Origin: Candidatus Uhrbacteria bacterium
GTDB taxonomy: Bacteria; Patescibacteriota; Patescibacteriia; JACQRZ01
Length of the DNA stretch: 64,000 nt
Direction of reading: 5' to 3'
NCBI GenBank assembly: GCA_016188385.1
Contig: JACPHV010000002.1
Location: 101,682-165,681, forward strand
The notes under the pieces were generated by a model that had not been told where the DNA came from, ran no database searches, and saw only the letters and a program-made list of their open reading frames with translations. Of this stretch, positions 47,778-58,012 are shown in pieces. The position numbers and the translations under genes were made by a program. Within the stretch, counting starts at the first letter, position 1. Every line of letters starts with the position of its first letter.

Positions 47778-50700
47778 CAGCTACGATGCGGTGCTGGTTG
47801 CCGGGCATGGCTGAACTCGCGTCATCAGCGCAGGAGTTACCGATACAGCCGAACGCGTCAGAAGGAAGATAGTCGCCGTTGGTGGAGAGTCGGATGGCGG
47901 AAATAGCGCGCGTTACCGGTGTGGGCTCTACCACATCTTGTTCCCCATCATTGTCATCATCGTCATCTTCCTCTCGTATTCTGTCGGCAAGCTCGGTATC
48001 GTTCACGAGCACGATTTCTGTCGTGCGCACCGGCCCTTGGACAGGAAGCACAGTCACCGTTAAAGTCGCGCTGCCGGGTTTATCAGTATTTTCAATCACT
48101 ACTCTTTCTCCCTTCGTGCCCATAACTCGAAGAGGCCGCGGACCAAACGCATTCGATGCGCTCAATGTCCACTCGATCCGCCTGATCTGATCAAGCGGTA
48201 ATAAACGATTGTTCTGCGCGTGCATGCGCGCGTCATACGTATGCTGGTTTGCGGCGCGTGCTTGTTCACGATCATCTTCACAGGAGTCGCCTCTGCATGA
48301 AAAGACATCGCGCGAAATGGGTCTGCCGTTTGAGTCGATTGTAATGGTGTCGAGTATATTCACATTTCCCTGTTTGTCCGGATGTCCAACACATTGCCTG
48401 TCAGTGCCCGTCCCGGTACATCTCTGATAGGGATGTTTGTTGTCCAGCGCGATAGACGCGATGGCGGAAATACCATCGACACGAGCAGTGATAATACCGG
48501 AGCCCGTGCTTGTCGCCGCATCATTGATCAATGCCGAAACGTTCACTCTGCTGGTGCCCTGTTCGCTGGATAGATCAAAGAGGTCTTTACGGTCAAGCGA
48601 CCAATGCACTTTTGCCTGATCAATCGAAAGAACGCGCCTACCATCGGTGACTACGAGCTCAAGCGCATGCTGATTGCCGGCTGATCCGGCGGCTCGGTCA
48701 TCTTCGCAGCTATTCCCGGTGCAGCCGAAAGCGTCTTGATTCAAAAACTGGCCGTTGGATTTGATTAGGATGTCTCTGACAAGAAATGTTTGCACCTGAT
48801 TAATGACCTGAATGGAAGCTGTAATCGGATTCCCTTTACCGGTCACGGGCGTGACAGTCGCTGAAAGGGTCGCGGATCCGTCAACTTCGGTATTGGTGAG
48901 AATAATATCGAAGTCTTTAGTCCCTTCCGGGTTGTTCCGTGACGGGTCAAGATCGCGAAATGCCTTTCGGGAAGATGAGGCGTGAATGAGAGACCATTCA
49001 ATCTTTGCTATGTTTGTCGGATCGGCAAAGCTGCGGTTTTTGTTGTGCAGGCGCAATGAATACACGCGCTGATTGCCGGAAGTACCGGCAACGCGGTCAT
49101 TGAGGCAGTTATTTCCAAAGCAGGTGAATACATCAGTCCCGAGCGGCCGATCATTCGCTTCGATTGCGGCTTCGGCGATTTCATCTGCTCTGCCAGCCTG
49201 ATCGGGCCCGCCGATGCAACCGGCACGATTCGCGGTGAGACATTCCCGACGAGGAAATTTGTTTACGATCGGAATCGCTTTTGTCACTGACGAGCCGGAA
49301 ACGGAGACTGTCAGCGTAGCGCTTCCCTGATCAGCCGTATTTGTGGCAAAAATTGTCTTGCCGGAATCGCGGGACAAGACGACTGTGCTTGTTGCGCCTG
49401 AAAGCGCCCAGGAAATCCGCTCATCGGGTACCGAAAGAGCTTTGCCATTCGCGTCGAAGAAATCAGCTACGATGCGGTGCTGGTTGCCGGGCATGGCTGA
49501 ACTCGCGTCATCAGCGCACGAATTACCGATACAGCCGAACGCGTCAGAAGGAAGATAGTCGCCGTTGGTGGAGAGTCGGATGGCGGAAATAGCGCGCGTT
49601 ACCGGTGTGGGCTCTACCACATCTTGTTCCTCATCATTGATATTCTCGAGTTGTATTGTCACTCGTACATTCTGCTGTACCGTTTCATTTTTCGATCCGG
49701 TCGCTTTAACCGTTACAGTCGAGGTGCCATTTTGATTTTTCGGAGTCACCTGTATTGTGGGGGTGGACAAGGAACTTAAATCAACCAGAGCGGTACTCGT
49801 AGCCGTGGGTCCGGACGCAAACCATTCGATCTTGACAGGAGAGACTTCGCTTCCTTCCGCCGAATACGCCTTGATACGATAGGTATGCTGATTACCGCTT
49901 CTGACGGTATCTTGATCACCGGAACATCCTGTAAGAGCAGCGCAAGTAAACAAATCGGTTGTGGAAGCGTTCAGGGCGGTATTGATGAATATCTCAACAG
50001 TTGCGATTTCGGCAATCTCCGCGACAGGCGTGACTGGACCAGCGGATTTTTGGATCCATACTGATTTCTTGCACTGTTCGCCAAACCAAGAATTGCCTTC
50101 TTTCATTTGTAAAATCAGATTGACACGGCCTTGCGCAAGGGGCGTATAGGGACGGACGCCGAATGTGACGCGTTCCCCGGGTGCGATGGATCGTGATAAC
50201 GGCACAACGTCAAGTTCGGGCACTCTCACGGTGCCTGACGAACGCAGAGCAAAGATATGTGTCGCGGGATTCCATGTCTTGGTGCCCGCATTCTTAAGCG
50301 AAAATTCCAACAGGAAATCTTTATGTTCGTCAGTGATAAGCGGCAGATTTTGAGCTCGGCACGCATTCGTGCACGCATTCGTGTCATCAGTATCTCCGTC
50401 GTCACATTCCTCCGATCCTTCTTTAATCCCATTTCCGCACACTCCTTTGTTCAGACGACAATCGGTGCGGCAACGATCCGTATTGGATCGATTACCATCG
50501 TCGCACTGTTCCCCAGTCTCCAGTTTACCGTTGCCGCAGTACGGCAATGCCGTGTCACGCAGCGTGCAATCGTTGCGACAAAGATTGGCGTCAATGCGGT
50601 CGCCGTCGTCGCACTGTTCCGTTCCTTCCTTGATGCCGTTGCCGCAATAACCGGTATTGAGCTTGCACGCACTCGTACACGCGTCTGTGTTATCGAGATT

Positions 50701-53700
50701 GCCGTCGTCGCATTCTTCGCCGATTTGCGGATCTACGTTTCCATTGCCGCACCATGAACCGCCGAGATTCGTATTGCACGCGTTTGTGCAAGCGTTGATG
50801 GTAACGCGATCGCCGTCGTCGCACTGCTCCCCTGCTTCAATTACGCCGTTGCCGCAGGTGCCGGCATTCGCGCGGCAAGAATTGGAACACGCATCGTCGT
50901 TGTTCGTATTACCATCGTCGCATTGTTCTGTGCGATCGCGGACTCCATTACCGCACGTACTCGTCGGACGCGTACATGTATTTGTACACCCATCGTTAGT
51001 AACGCGGTTGCCGTCGTCGCATTGTTCACCGGCATCAAGGATACCGTTGCCGCAATACCCTGCATCAAGGACGCAGTCCGAGCGACATCGCCCGTTATTG
51101 GGCGTATCGGAACCGTCGCACTCTTCACCAGCCTCTTGTTTACCGTTGCCGCAGTACGGCAGTGCCGTGTCACGCAGCGTGCAATCGTTGCGACAAAGAT
51201 TGGCGTCAATGCGGTCGCCGTCGTCGCATTGTTCATCACCTTCCCGCAAACCGTCGCCGCAGAAAGGCTGCGATGTCCGAATCGTACAGAGCGCGTCATT
51301 GGTAAACTGTGGCGCCAAATTGACGGATGCCATGCACATCTCGCCGATTGGCGTATCACCCTCCATCAATTGCCAATGCAATGGTTTGACCCCTGTCACG
51401 ACAGGCGCGATCAGTGATGTCGTAATTTCAAGAAACTCCCCCGGGGCGATTTTAGGTTTGGAAACAGGAATCGCGATCACGCTTTTTGACCAGAAAGTAT
51501 TATCTAAAGGTGACTGGGATCGGATACGATACGAGGGCGTGCCTGTCGCGTTCCATGTGTTCGTGCCTGTATTTTCCAATCGTATCCGCGCGGTAAATGA
51601 ATGGCCTGAATCAAACTCGCCAGGCGCTATCCGGATAGTCTGGGGAGCATTGATCGTACAGCGCGCATTATGCGCGCTCACTACTCGAAGAGTGCAGTTG
51701 TTTCTGCAAAGATCGGCATCAATGCGGTCGCCGTCGTCGCACTGCTCTCCGGTCTCCTGAATCCCATTGCCGCAAAAACCCGTGTTCGGCTTGCAGTCAT
51801 TGGCGCAAGCATTCGTATTGATCCGATCGCCGTCGTCGCACTGCTCTGTTCCTTCTTTGGCGCCGTTGCCGCAGACAGGCGTTTTTGAACTTCCTGAACA
51901 ATCATTTTTGCATGCGTTGCTGTTATCTGTATCTCCGTCATCGCATTGTTCAGCGGCCTCTACCTTCCCATTACCGCAGTATGGCAGTGCCGCGTCACGC
52001 AGCGTGCAATTGTTTTTGCACAGATTACCATCAATACGGTCGCCGTCGTCGCATTGTTCCGTTCCTTCTTTGGCGCCGTTGCCGCAGAATCCCGCGTTGC
52101 CGGTACAATCATTCTTACAGGCGTTGCTGTTATCAGGATCGCCGTCGTCGCATTGTTCCGTTCCTTCTTTGGCGCCGTTGCCGCAATAACCAGCGTTGCC
52201 GGTACAATCGTTGCGGCACGCATCCGTGTTCACAGCATTGCCGTCATCGCACTGTTCGCTCCCTTCAACGACGGAATTGCCGCACCGCGGACCTGTACGA
52301 TTCAGCGTGCAATCATTTAAGCATTCGTTGGTGTTGAGACGATCTCCGTCATCGCATTGTTCATTCCCTTCTTTCAAGCCGTTGCCGCAGAAACCGGATC
52401 GAGGCGTACAGCTATTCCGACAAGCGTTTGCATCGTTCGTATCCCCGTCATCGCACTGCTCCGTACCATCTTTAATGCCATTGCCGCAGAATCCCGGGTT
52501 GCCGGTACAGTCATTGCGGCAGGCATCGGTATGTGTTGAATTGCCGTCGTCGCACTGCTCCGGATCTTCTCGGACTCCATCGCGGCATACCGGCCCGCCG
52601 GGGGTATTCAACCGACAGTCATTGCGGCAGGCATTCGTATCAATAGTATCGCCGTCATCGCATTGTTCCCCGTCATTTTTAATGCCATTGCCGCAACCGG
52701 TAGGATTTGATGCGCAATCGTTGCGGCACGCGTCAGTATTGATTTGATTTTTGTCATCGCACTGCTCCGTGCCTTGTTTGATGCCGTCACCGCACTGCGG
52801 CGAAGGACCGCCCTTGATCGTACAATCGTTGCGGCACGCGTCAGTGTCATCTTTGTTGCCGTCATCGCATTGTTCCCCGGCATTGATAATCTTATTTCCG
52901 CACCCTTCCGGATTCGCTTTGCAAGAATTCGAGCATGCGTTTGCGTCGTTTGTGTCACCGTCGTCGCACTCCTCCCCCGCTTCCAATGTGCCGTTGCGAC
53001 AAAAACCCGCGTTGCCGGTACAATCGTTGCGGCACGCGTCAGTACTAATAGTGTTGCCGTCATCGCACTGCTCATAGAGGTCGCGAATTCCGTCGGTACA
53101 GATTGGACGATTTGTATTTATCGAACAATTATTATGGCAGGTATCATCATTGACCGCGTTGCCGTCATCGCACTGCTCCGTTCCTTCTTTTTTACCATTG
53201 CCGCATTGGTTCGCGTTTGAGCTGCATACATTACTGCAGCCGTTCTTGTCATCCTTATCACCGTCGTCGCATTGCTCGGCTCCTTCTTTCATTCCATTGC
53301 CGCAGAATCCTGGCTTGCCGGTACAGTCATTGCGGCAGGCATTTTCATTGTCTTTATCACCGTCGTCGCATTGCTCTCCGTAATCAACTTTGCCATTACC
53401 GCAAGTTGGCGGATTTGGATTTACGCTTTGACATTCGGGCCGAGTGGAGCAATCAGAACATGTGCAGGATTCATTTGCTTCGCATCTTCCGTTTGAATTA
53501 CATGACCCGCCGTTGCGCGGCGATATGACACGAATGTTCTTGACGCAACGCTCCCCGAACCAAGTATCTTTGTTACGCATTTGCCAAGCAAATGCGTAGG
53601 TACCTGCCGCGGCGGGCGCGGTTACTTGAGTTGAAACGCTGGAAGAGGTCTTAGCGTTTATTGAGGATGGCAATACAACAGATGTTCTTCCCCAAAGGGA

Positions 53701-56271
53701 GGTGTAGGGCGGCTGTTGGCTCGAAAGCACATAATCAGCCGAACTCCAGTTGGCAGTCCCTGTATTTTCAAGGCGCAATTGAGCTGAAAAAACTTGCCCG
53801 ATGGTAACTTCCGCGGGGACGGTGGCGCTACACCTTGCATTATCGGTCGGCAGCACGGAAATGACTACTTTAGCCTGACAGCTCTTCGTATCCGCGTTGC
53901 ACGCAAATCCTGTCTGGCAAGAACTTTGCTTCCCAAAACAATCAGCGCAGTTGCAGGACTCACTGCTGTCGCATATGCCGTTGGTATTGCATGAAGATGG
54001 CTTGCAGGAGGGATCCAAAGGACTGCGGCACTGCCCATCACCGCATTTCACAAGCCCCTCGGAACACCCGTCTTTAGCGTTCGGGTTCTTTTTCGCATTG
54101 GGGCACGCGGATCCCTCTTCGCATTTTGATGCCACCCCATTGCATGTCGTGCTGCTGCCAGTACATGTTGATTTGGGGCCGCTGCACGTAGATCCGGCCG
54201 TACAATTCGAACCTCCGCCTGTACACTGTGTCGCAATGCCTGAACAGCTCGAATCAATGCCAGTGCACCTCGCTCCGTTGGAACAGCGTGATTCACTGCC
54301 GGTACAGGTAGTGCCGGGATCGGAACACTGCGATTTGCTGCCGGTGCAGGTTGCGCCTTTCACGCACGAGGAACCATTGCCCTCGCATACGGTACCTGCT
54401 CCGGAACATGATGAATCAATTGCTTTGCATTGCGCGGTGTTTGAGCATTGTGAACCGACTGTTGTGCACGTTTGCTTTGCTTTGTCGCACACAGAAGGTT
54501 GTACGGTGCGTTTCGGCGGTTTGCCGACACATGCCGCGCCGGACTTGCATTCCGAGCCATCGCCAAGACATCGTGTCCCAAGCCCATCGCAGCGGGAATT
54601 GATACCCGCGCATTCAGCTCGATCGCGGCATTGGGATCCGCTGTTCGTGCATTGCGTCCCTGTTCCGATACACGTTGAACCGGTTCCCGTGCATGTGGCT
54701 CCATCAAGGCATTTTGAACCTGCTCCCGTACAGACTGTCCCTTTTCCGGAACAGATAGCCGTTCCGCCGATGCAGCGCGCGCCGTTGCTGCAGATATCAC
54801 CCTCTTTTTTACACGTCACGCCACGTGTAGAGCATGTATCTGAAACCGTGAGGGTGCATACCCCAAGCGATCCGTTCCCCGATACTGATTGGATGGAATC
54901 CCCGAGTACCACTCGATACGCCACCCTGGAAGCAAGCGGCTGACTTGGACGATACGCTACCTCTGTCTTTGCTGAATCGCCGCTTCCCACGGTAGCAATT
55001 TCTAAATCACCCGGCACTGCCGGCTCAATGCGAATATTTGGACGGACTGAATCCTCCTTCAACAGCTGATTAAATTTCACCCGGAATACGGAATTGCGAT
55101 ACACTCGCTCTGTTGGCTTGGGGATAATAGATTCTACGGAAACGCAGCGTTTTGATTGTCCGCATGTGCCGCCGACGCAATTGTTTGTTGAACACTCTCG
55201 ATCGTTACGGCAATCATCTCCAATTGATTTGTTTCCCGCAACGCATACGCCATCTTTGCACGTACCGGACGCGCATGCCGAATTGCCAGTGCATGCCTGG
55301 CCGATATCTTTGCCGGAAAGCGAGCACGCGCCCAACTCGCATACAAGACCCGTTCGACACTGCGCGTCAAATTCGCAAAAAGCATCAAGCCCGCCAGTGC
55401 CACGGACGCAAACGCCACCCTCGCACCGATTCGATGAGCACTGATCGTTCACTTCGCATTGTCCGCCAATATCATTTTTTTCTCCGGTAAAAAAATTCCA
55501 TGCGTATCGACACGCCACGACTTCCTGTCCGCATTGCCCGTCAGGACGGCAGGATCCATCAGAGCAGCATTGCTGACCAGCCCCGCAATTCTGCGCGGCG
55601 CAACGGGACGCGGATGTAAGATTGATGGGATTGCTTATCGTTCGAAAAGATGTGATTACTCGCAGCTTTGTCGGTGTCGCTTCGAGTGACGGCATCAATG
55701 CGGTAATTTTGTTCGCAGACCATTCATTTTCTCCGATCGGAATATCAACGGAACCGGCGACGAGCCTGCCCTTTTCATTGCCAAACCCGATTCCGTACAC
55801 GGTAAGCGCAAGTCCAGGCGGTCCGTTATCCGGCTCCATGCCGCAAATGCCCGGATTGGGAGCGGCGCCAGTCACGATAAAGGGGGTTGTGTTGCTTACG
55901 GTACCGTCCGCTGTTTTTACCGCCACCGTATAGCTGCCTTCGGAAATACCGCGTGGGACTTTCACGGCTACATACGAGTCGCGCCAATAGAGTTTTTTGC
56001 ACTCTCCGGAAAAATCAACATCCGCGGGAACTGATTGTCCGCTTTTGGTGAACAAAACTTCTCCGACGGCGTATCCAAAGCCGGAACCGTCGAGTGTGAC
56101 GTACTGCCCCTTTCCGCCTGACGCAGGCCATGCTTTCACGATTGTCGGCGCAGAATTGGCGTTCTGCGTATTCTGCTGTGCTGCGACGAAAGAAAACACC
56201 ACAATAAGAGCTAGCATGCTTGCGATGCCTGTGATACTGCCGATGAGGAGTGATATAATCTTGCGTTTCAT
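47719..56271 (-). CDS. Giant Cys-rich surface protein, N-terminal part: signal/TM, IPT/TIG, Ig-like, Cys-Gly-Thr repeat, NBR1-like Ig domains, ~26 Myxococcus-type (DUF4215) Cys repeats
   Basis: ATG 56271 (MKRKIISLL); GQYVTLDGSGFG; CGNGxxExxEQCDDG repeats; LENTGTxxW...WQM. Confidence 0.85.
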   Translation of the reverse strand: MKRKIISLLIGSITGIASMLALIVVFSFVAAQQNTQNANSAPTIVKAWPASGGKGQYVTLDGSGFGYAVGEVLFTKSGQSVPADVDFSGECKKLYWRDSYVAVKVPRGISEGSYTVAVKTADGTVSNTTPFIVTGAAPNPGICGMEPDNGPPGLALTVYGIGFGNEKGRLVAGSVDIPIGENEWSANKITALMPSLEATPTKLRVITSFRTISNPINLTSASRCAAQNCGAGQQCCSDGSCRPDGQCGQEVVACRYAWNFFTGEKNDIGGQCEVNDQCSSNRCEGGVCVRGTGGLDAFCEFDAQCRTGLVCELGACSLSGKDIGQACTGNSACASGTCKDGVCVAGNKSIGDDCRNDRECSTNNCVGGTCGQSKRCVSVESIIPKPTERVYRNSVFRVKFNQLLKEDSVRPNIRIEPAVPGDLEIATVGSGDSAKTEVAYRPSQPLASRVAYRVVLGDSIQSVSGNGSLGVCTLTVSDTCSTRGVTCKKEGDICSNGARCIGGTAICSGKGTVCTGAGSKCLDGATCTGTGSTCIGTGTQCTNSGSQCRDRAECAGINSRCDGLGTRCLGDGSECKSGAACVGKPPKRTVQPSVCDKAKQTCTTVGSQCSNTAQCKAIDSSCSGAGTVCEGNGSSCVKGATCTGSKSQCSDPGTTCTGSESRCSNGARCTGIDSSCSGIATQCTGGGSNCTAGSTCSGPKSTCTGSSTTCNGVASKCEEGSACPNAKKNPNAKDGCSEGLVKCGDGQCRSPLDPSCKPSSCNTNGICDSSESCNCADCFGKQSSCQTGFACNADTKSCQAKVVISVLPTDNARCSATVPAEVTIGQVFSAQLRLENTGTANWSSADYVLSSQQPPYTSLWGRTSVVLPSSINAKTSSSVSTQVTAPAAAGTYAFAWQMRNKDTWFGERCVKNIRVISPRNGGSCNSNGRCEANESCTCSDCSTRPECQSVNPNPPTCGNGKVDYGEQCDDGDKDNENACRNDCTGKPGFCGNGMKEGAEQCDDGDKDDKNGCSNVCSSNANQCGNGKKEGTEQCDDGNAVNDDTCHNNCSINTNRPICTDGIRDLYEQCDDGNTISTDACRNDCTGNAGFCRNGTLEAGEECDDGDTNDANACSNSCKANPEGCGNKIINAGEQCDDGNKDDTDACRNDCTIKGGPSPQCGDGIKQGTEQCDDKNQINTDACRNDCASNPTGCGNGIKNDGEQCDDGDTIDTNACRNDCRLNTPGGPVCRDGVREDPEQCDDGNSTHTDACRNDCTGNPGFCGNGIKDGTEQCDDGDTNDANACRNSCTPRSGFCGNGLKEGNEQCDDGDRLNTNECLNDCTLNRTGPRCGNSVVEGSEQCDDGNAVNTDACRNDCTGNAGYCGNGAKEGTEQCDDGDPDNSNACKNDCTGNAGFCGNGAKEGTEQCDDGDRIDGNLCKNNCTLRDAALPYCGNGKVEAAEQCDDGDTDNSNACKNDCSGSSKTPVCGNGAKEGTEQCDDGDRINTNACANDCKPNTGFCGNGIQETGEQCDDGDRIDADLCRNNCTLRVVSAHNARCTINAPQTIRIAPGEFDSGHSFTARIRLENTGTNTWNATGTPSYRIRSQSPLDNTFWSKSVIAIPVSKPKIAPGEFLEITTSLIAPVVTGVKPLHWQLMEGDTPIGEMCMASVNLAPQFTNDALCTIRTSQPFCGDGLREGDEQCDDGDRIDANLCRNDCTLRDTALPYCGNGKQEAGEECDGSDTPNNGRCRSDCVLDAGYCGNGILDAGEQCDDGNRVTNDGCTNTCTRPTSTCGNGVRDRTEQCDDGNTNNDDACSNSCRANAGTCGNGVIEAGEQCDDGDRVTINACTNACNTNLGGSWCGNGNVDPQIGEECDDGNLDNTDACTSACKLNTGYCGNGIKEGTEQCDDGDRIDANLCRNDCTLRDTALPYCGNGKLETGEQCDDGNRSNTDRCRTDCRLNKGVCGNGIKEGSEECDDGDTDDTNACTNACRAQNLPLITDEHKDFLLEFSLKNAGTKTWNPATHIFALRSSGTVRVPELDVVPLSRSIAPGERVTFGVRPYTPLAQGRVNLILQMKEGNSWFGEQCKKSVWIQKSAGPVTPVAEIAEIATVEIFINTALNASTTDLFTCAALTGCSGDQDTVRSGNQHTYRIKAYSAEGSEVSPVKIEWFASGPTATSTALVDLSSLSTPTIQVTPKNQNGTSTVTVKATGSKNETVQQNVRVTIQLENINDEEQDVVEPTPVTRAISAIRLSTNGDYLPSDAFGCIGNSCADDASSAMPGNQHRIVADFFDANGKALSVPDERISWALSGATSTVVLSRDSGKTIFATNTADQGSATLTVSVSGSSVTKAIPIVNKFPRRECLTANRAGCIGGPDQAGRADEIAEAAIEANDRPLGTDVFTCFGNNCLNDRVAGTSGNQRVYSLRLHNKNRSFADPTNIAKIEWSLIHASSSRKAFRDLDPSRNNPEGTKDFDIILTNTEVDGSATLSATVTPVTGKGNPITASIQVINQVQTFLVRDILIKSNGQFLNQDAFGCTGNSCEDDRAAGSAGNQHALELVVTDGRRVLSIDQAKVHWSLDRKDLFDLSSEQGTSRVNVSALINDAATSTGSGIITARVDGISAIASIALDNKHPYQRCTGTGTDRQCVGHPDKQGNVNILDTITIDSNGRPISRDVFSCRGDSCEDDREQARAANQHTYDARMHAQNNRLLPLDQIRRIEWTLSASNAFGPRPLRVMGTKGERVVIENTDKPGSATLTVTVLPVQGPVRTTEIVLVNDTELADRIREEDDDDDNDGEQDVVEPTPVTRAISAIRLSTNGDYLPSDAFGCIGNSCADDASSAMPGNQHRIVADFLGTYGECGCHAFVRDRP
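47773..47944. repeat. Near-identical ~172-bp internal repeat (partner at 49459-49630)
   Basis: Two mismatches seen by eye; encodes EQDVVEPTPVTRAISAIRLSTNG...HRIVADF. Confidence 0.9.
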
Positions 56272-56290
56272 ATCGTCAGGAACACGTGCG

Positions 56291-57940
56291 TTATGGACGC
56301 GGAGACGGACCAACACAGGGATTAAAGCAATTTTGAAAAACGTCTCGCGCTGATGCCCGCACTTCCGGTTGATAAAGGGTGTCCTTTTGCAATGGATCAT
56401 GTCGCAGACGCGCGCGCGTGCGCGTCGATGTCGCTGATTGTTCTGACTCAACCCAATAACTTCCATCAATACCAAGATAGATCGAACCCTGATGAAGAGA
56501 ATTCAGATCCATGTATTTTGAAAAAGTAATATCAATAGGCGTGCTCACGTCCACCTTCGTACTATCGCGCGAAGGACTGACAGATTCGATTGCCGGAGGC
56601 GTTGAATCAAGATTCTGCGTGATCGTGAACGACCAAACAAAATTATCAGCGGGCGGACCGTCTGCCTTATCATTGCGTTCGGATCCATTCCTGCCTCCGC
56701 CATCAAGAGAGTTGCCGGCCGCATCCGCGATTCCGTCATAAGGGTAGGATGCTCGATGCGGATTCTCGGCTGTGCGTTGATCCGCCAATGATGCAGCTCG
56801 TACCGATACTTGATATCTTCCGCCTTTCTCGGGAAAACAATATATGGACTCTCTACAGCTATTCGTTCCGCAGAGCTCGCGCGGTACGAACGTCACCGTA
56901 CGATATTGATTGCCGACAAGGATCGTGCCGGGTACTGATGCTCCGGTTTCAAGATTTTGCACCGATATTTTTTCACCGCTCACAAGCGATGGGTCGAGCG
57001 CTTCGGAAAAAGAAATTTGCACGAGCGCGTTGCGCGCAACAGTTGATTCTTGATCCGCATTCCCAATGGCAGGAAACACATGGGTGACACGCGGCGGATC
57101 ATTGTCAACAACTCCGCTCACCTGAAACTGCCAGGAATACCCGCCCGTGTTGCCAAAAAGTGACTCACCGTTTTTTGATAGGATAGCGCTGGTGAGAGAT
57201 ATGCCGTAAAGCGATTGCGTATCCGGCATCCCCAATAACTGTACTGGCGCGATCACTATTGATTTCTCATCGTCTGTAAGTGACACTTCTGCCAGAACCC
57301 CTTGGCCATCGGGAGTGGGAGTAGGAGAGATTTGATGAATCCGGACGCTTGCGGAAAGCAACGAACCGTCTTCTGAACGGACACTATGCGCACGGATGGA
57401 TTCTCTGAATGTGATAAGAATTTTAGCATTACGAGGAACATTTTTCTCGTCACGCGCCGGATAGTGCGATTCGATGCGGGATTGCCTGCTCTGATATTCA
57501 CCGAAATAGACCGGCTGCGAGATGTCTGTCGGGCTAAAAGTCGAAGGAGGCTGGGCAACATACGATTGCGCAAAACGCGAATAGATAAAGGTGATGGCAC
57601 CGAAAAGCACCAGCCCGATGACTGCGGTAAGCGTGCCAAGAATAAGAAATCGTTTTGCCGATGCCTCCTCGGCGAGATCTTCGTCCTCACGAGCTCTCCG
57701 CAAACGGACAAACCCGAATATGTCGAAAGCGATGCCGATTATCGTTGTGATGACCCATATAATTTGTAGCAAGCGCAAGACGATGAGTCGCGCGTCATTT
57801 GCCGGAAGGCCAAGCGCGCGCGCAAATCCAGTCGCTTCTTGCGCGTGCGCGATAAACGGTACTGCAAAAAAAATCACTGCGATAAGACACCCCTGCAAAA
57901 ATACGCGGGGCCAACGAGATGTGCGTTTTTTAATGCGCAT
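56291..57940 (-). CDS. TrbC/VirB2-like pilin domain fused to three Ig-like (Big_5-type) domains
   Basis: Signal (AHA-Q), GL..D.RLIV + two TM helices with EEASAKRFL; PRNAKILITF, ARNALVQISFSE, PIDITFS; CGTNSC..IYC motif. Confidence 0.7.
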   Translation of the reverse strand: MRIKKRTSRWPRVFLQGCLIAVIFFAVPFIAHAQEATGFARALGLPANDARLIVLRLLQIIWVITTIIGIAFDIFGFVRLRRAREDEDLAEEASAKRFLILGTLTAVIGLVLFGAITFIYSRFAQSYVAQPPSTFSPTDISQPVYFGEYQSRQSRIESHYPARDEKNVPRNAKILITFRESIRAHSVRSEDGSLLSASVRIHQISPTPTPDGQGVLAEVSLTDDEKSIVIAPVQLLGMPDTQSLYGISLTSAILSKNGESLFGNTGGYSWQFQVSGVVDNDPPRVTHVFPAIGNADQESTVARNALVQISFSEALDPSLVSGEKISVQNLETGASVPGTILVGNQYRTVTFVPRELCGTNSCRESIYCFPEKGGRYQVSVRAASLADQRTAENPHRASYPYDGIADAAGNSLDGGGRNGSERNDKADGPPADNFVWSFTITQNLDSTPPAIESVSPSRDSTKVDVSTPIDITFSKYMDLNSLHQGSIYLGIDGSYWVESEQSATSTRTRARLRHDPLQKDTLYQPEVRASARDVFQNCFNPCVGPSPRP

Positions 57941-58012
57941 CAGGAGCGCATGAGTGCTCAATGACACGTTCGGTGCTCTTAGAGATGATTAAAGGCGGAA
58001 ACAATTGATCAC

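Noticed and set aside
47773-49630. Template/variable repeat pair of a diversity-generating retroelement
   Set aside because: Only two differences, both synonymous and not adenine-specific; both copies are coding; no reverse transcriptase in the window
50366-53404. CRISPR-like periodic GCCGTCGTCGCA repeats
   Set aside because: They are in-frame codons of the CDDG protein repeat; units are degenerate and no cas genes are present
50657-54943. Long + strand ORFs (367 and 348 aa), and likewise 39859-40677 opposite ftsZ
   Set aside because: Antisense shadows of repetitive or codon-biased genes; no independent motifs or start signals
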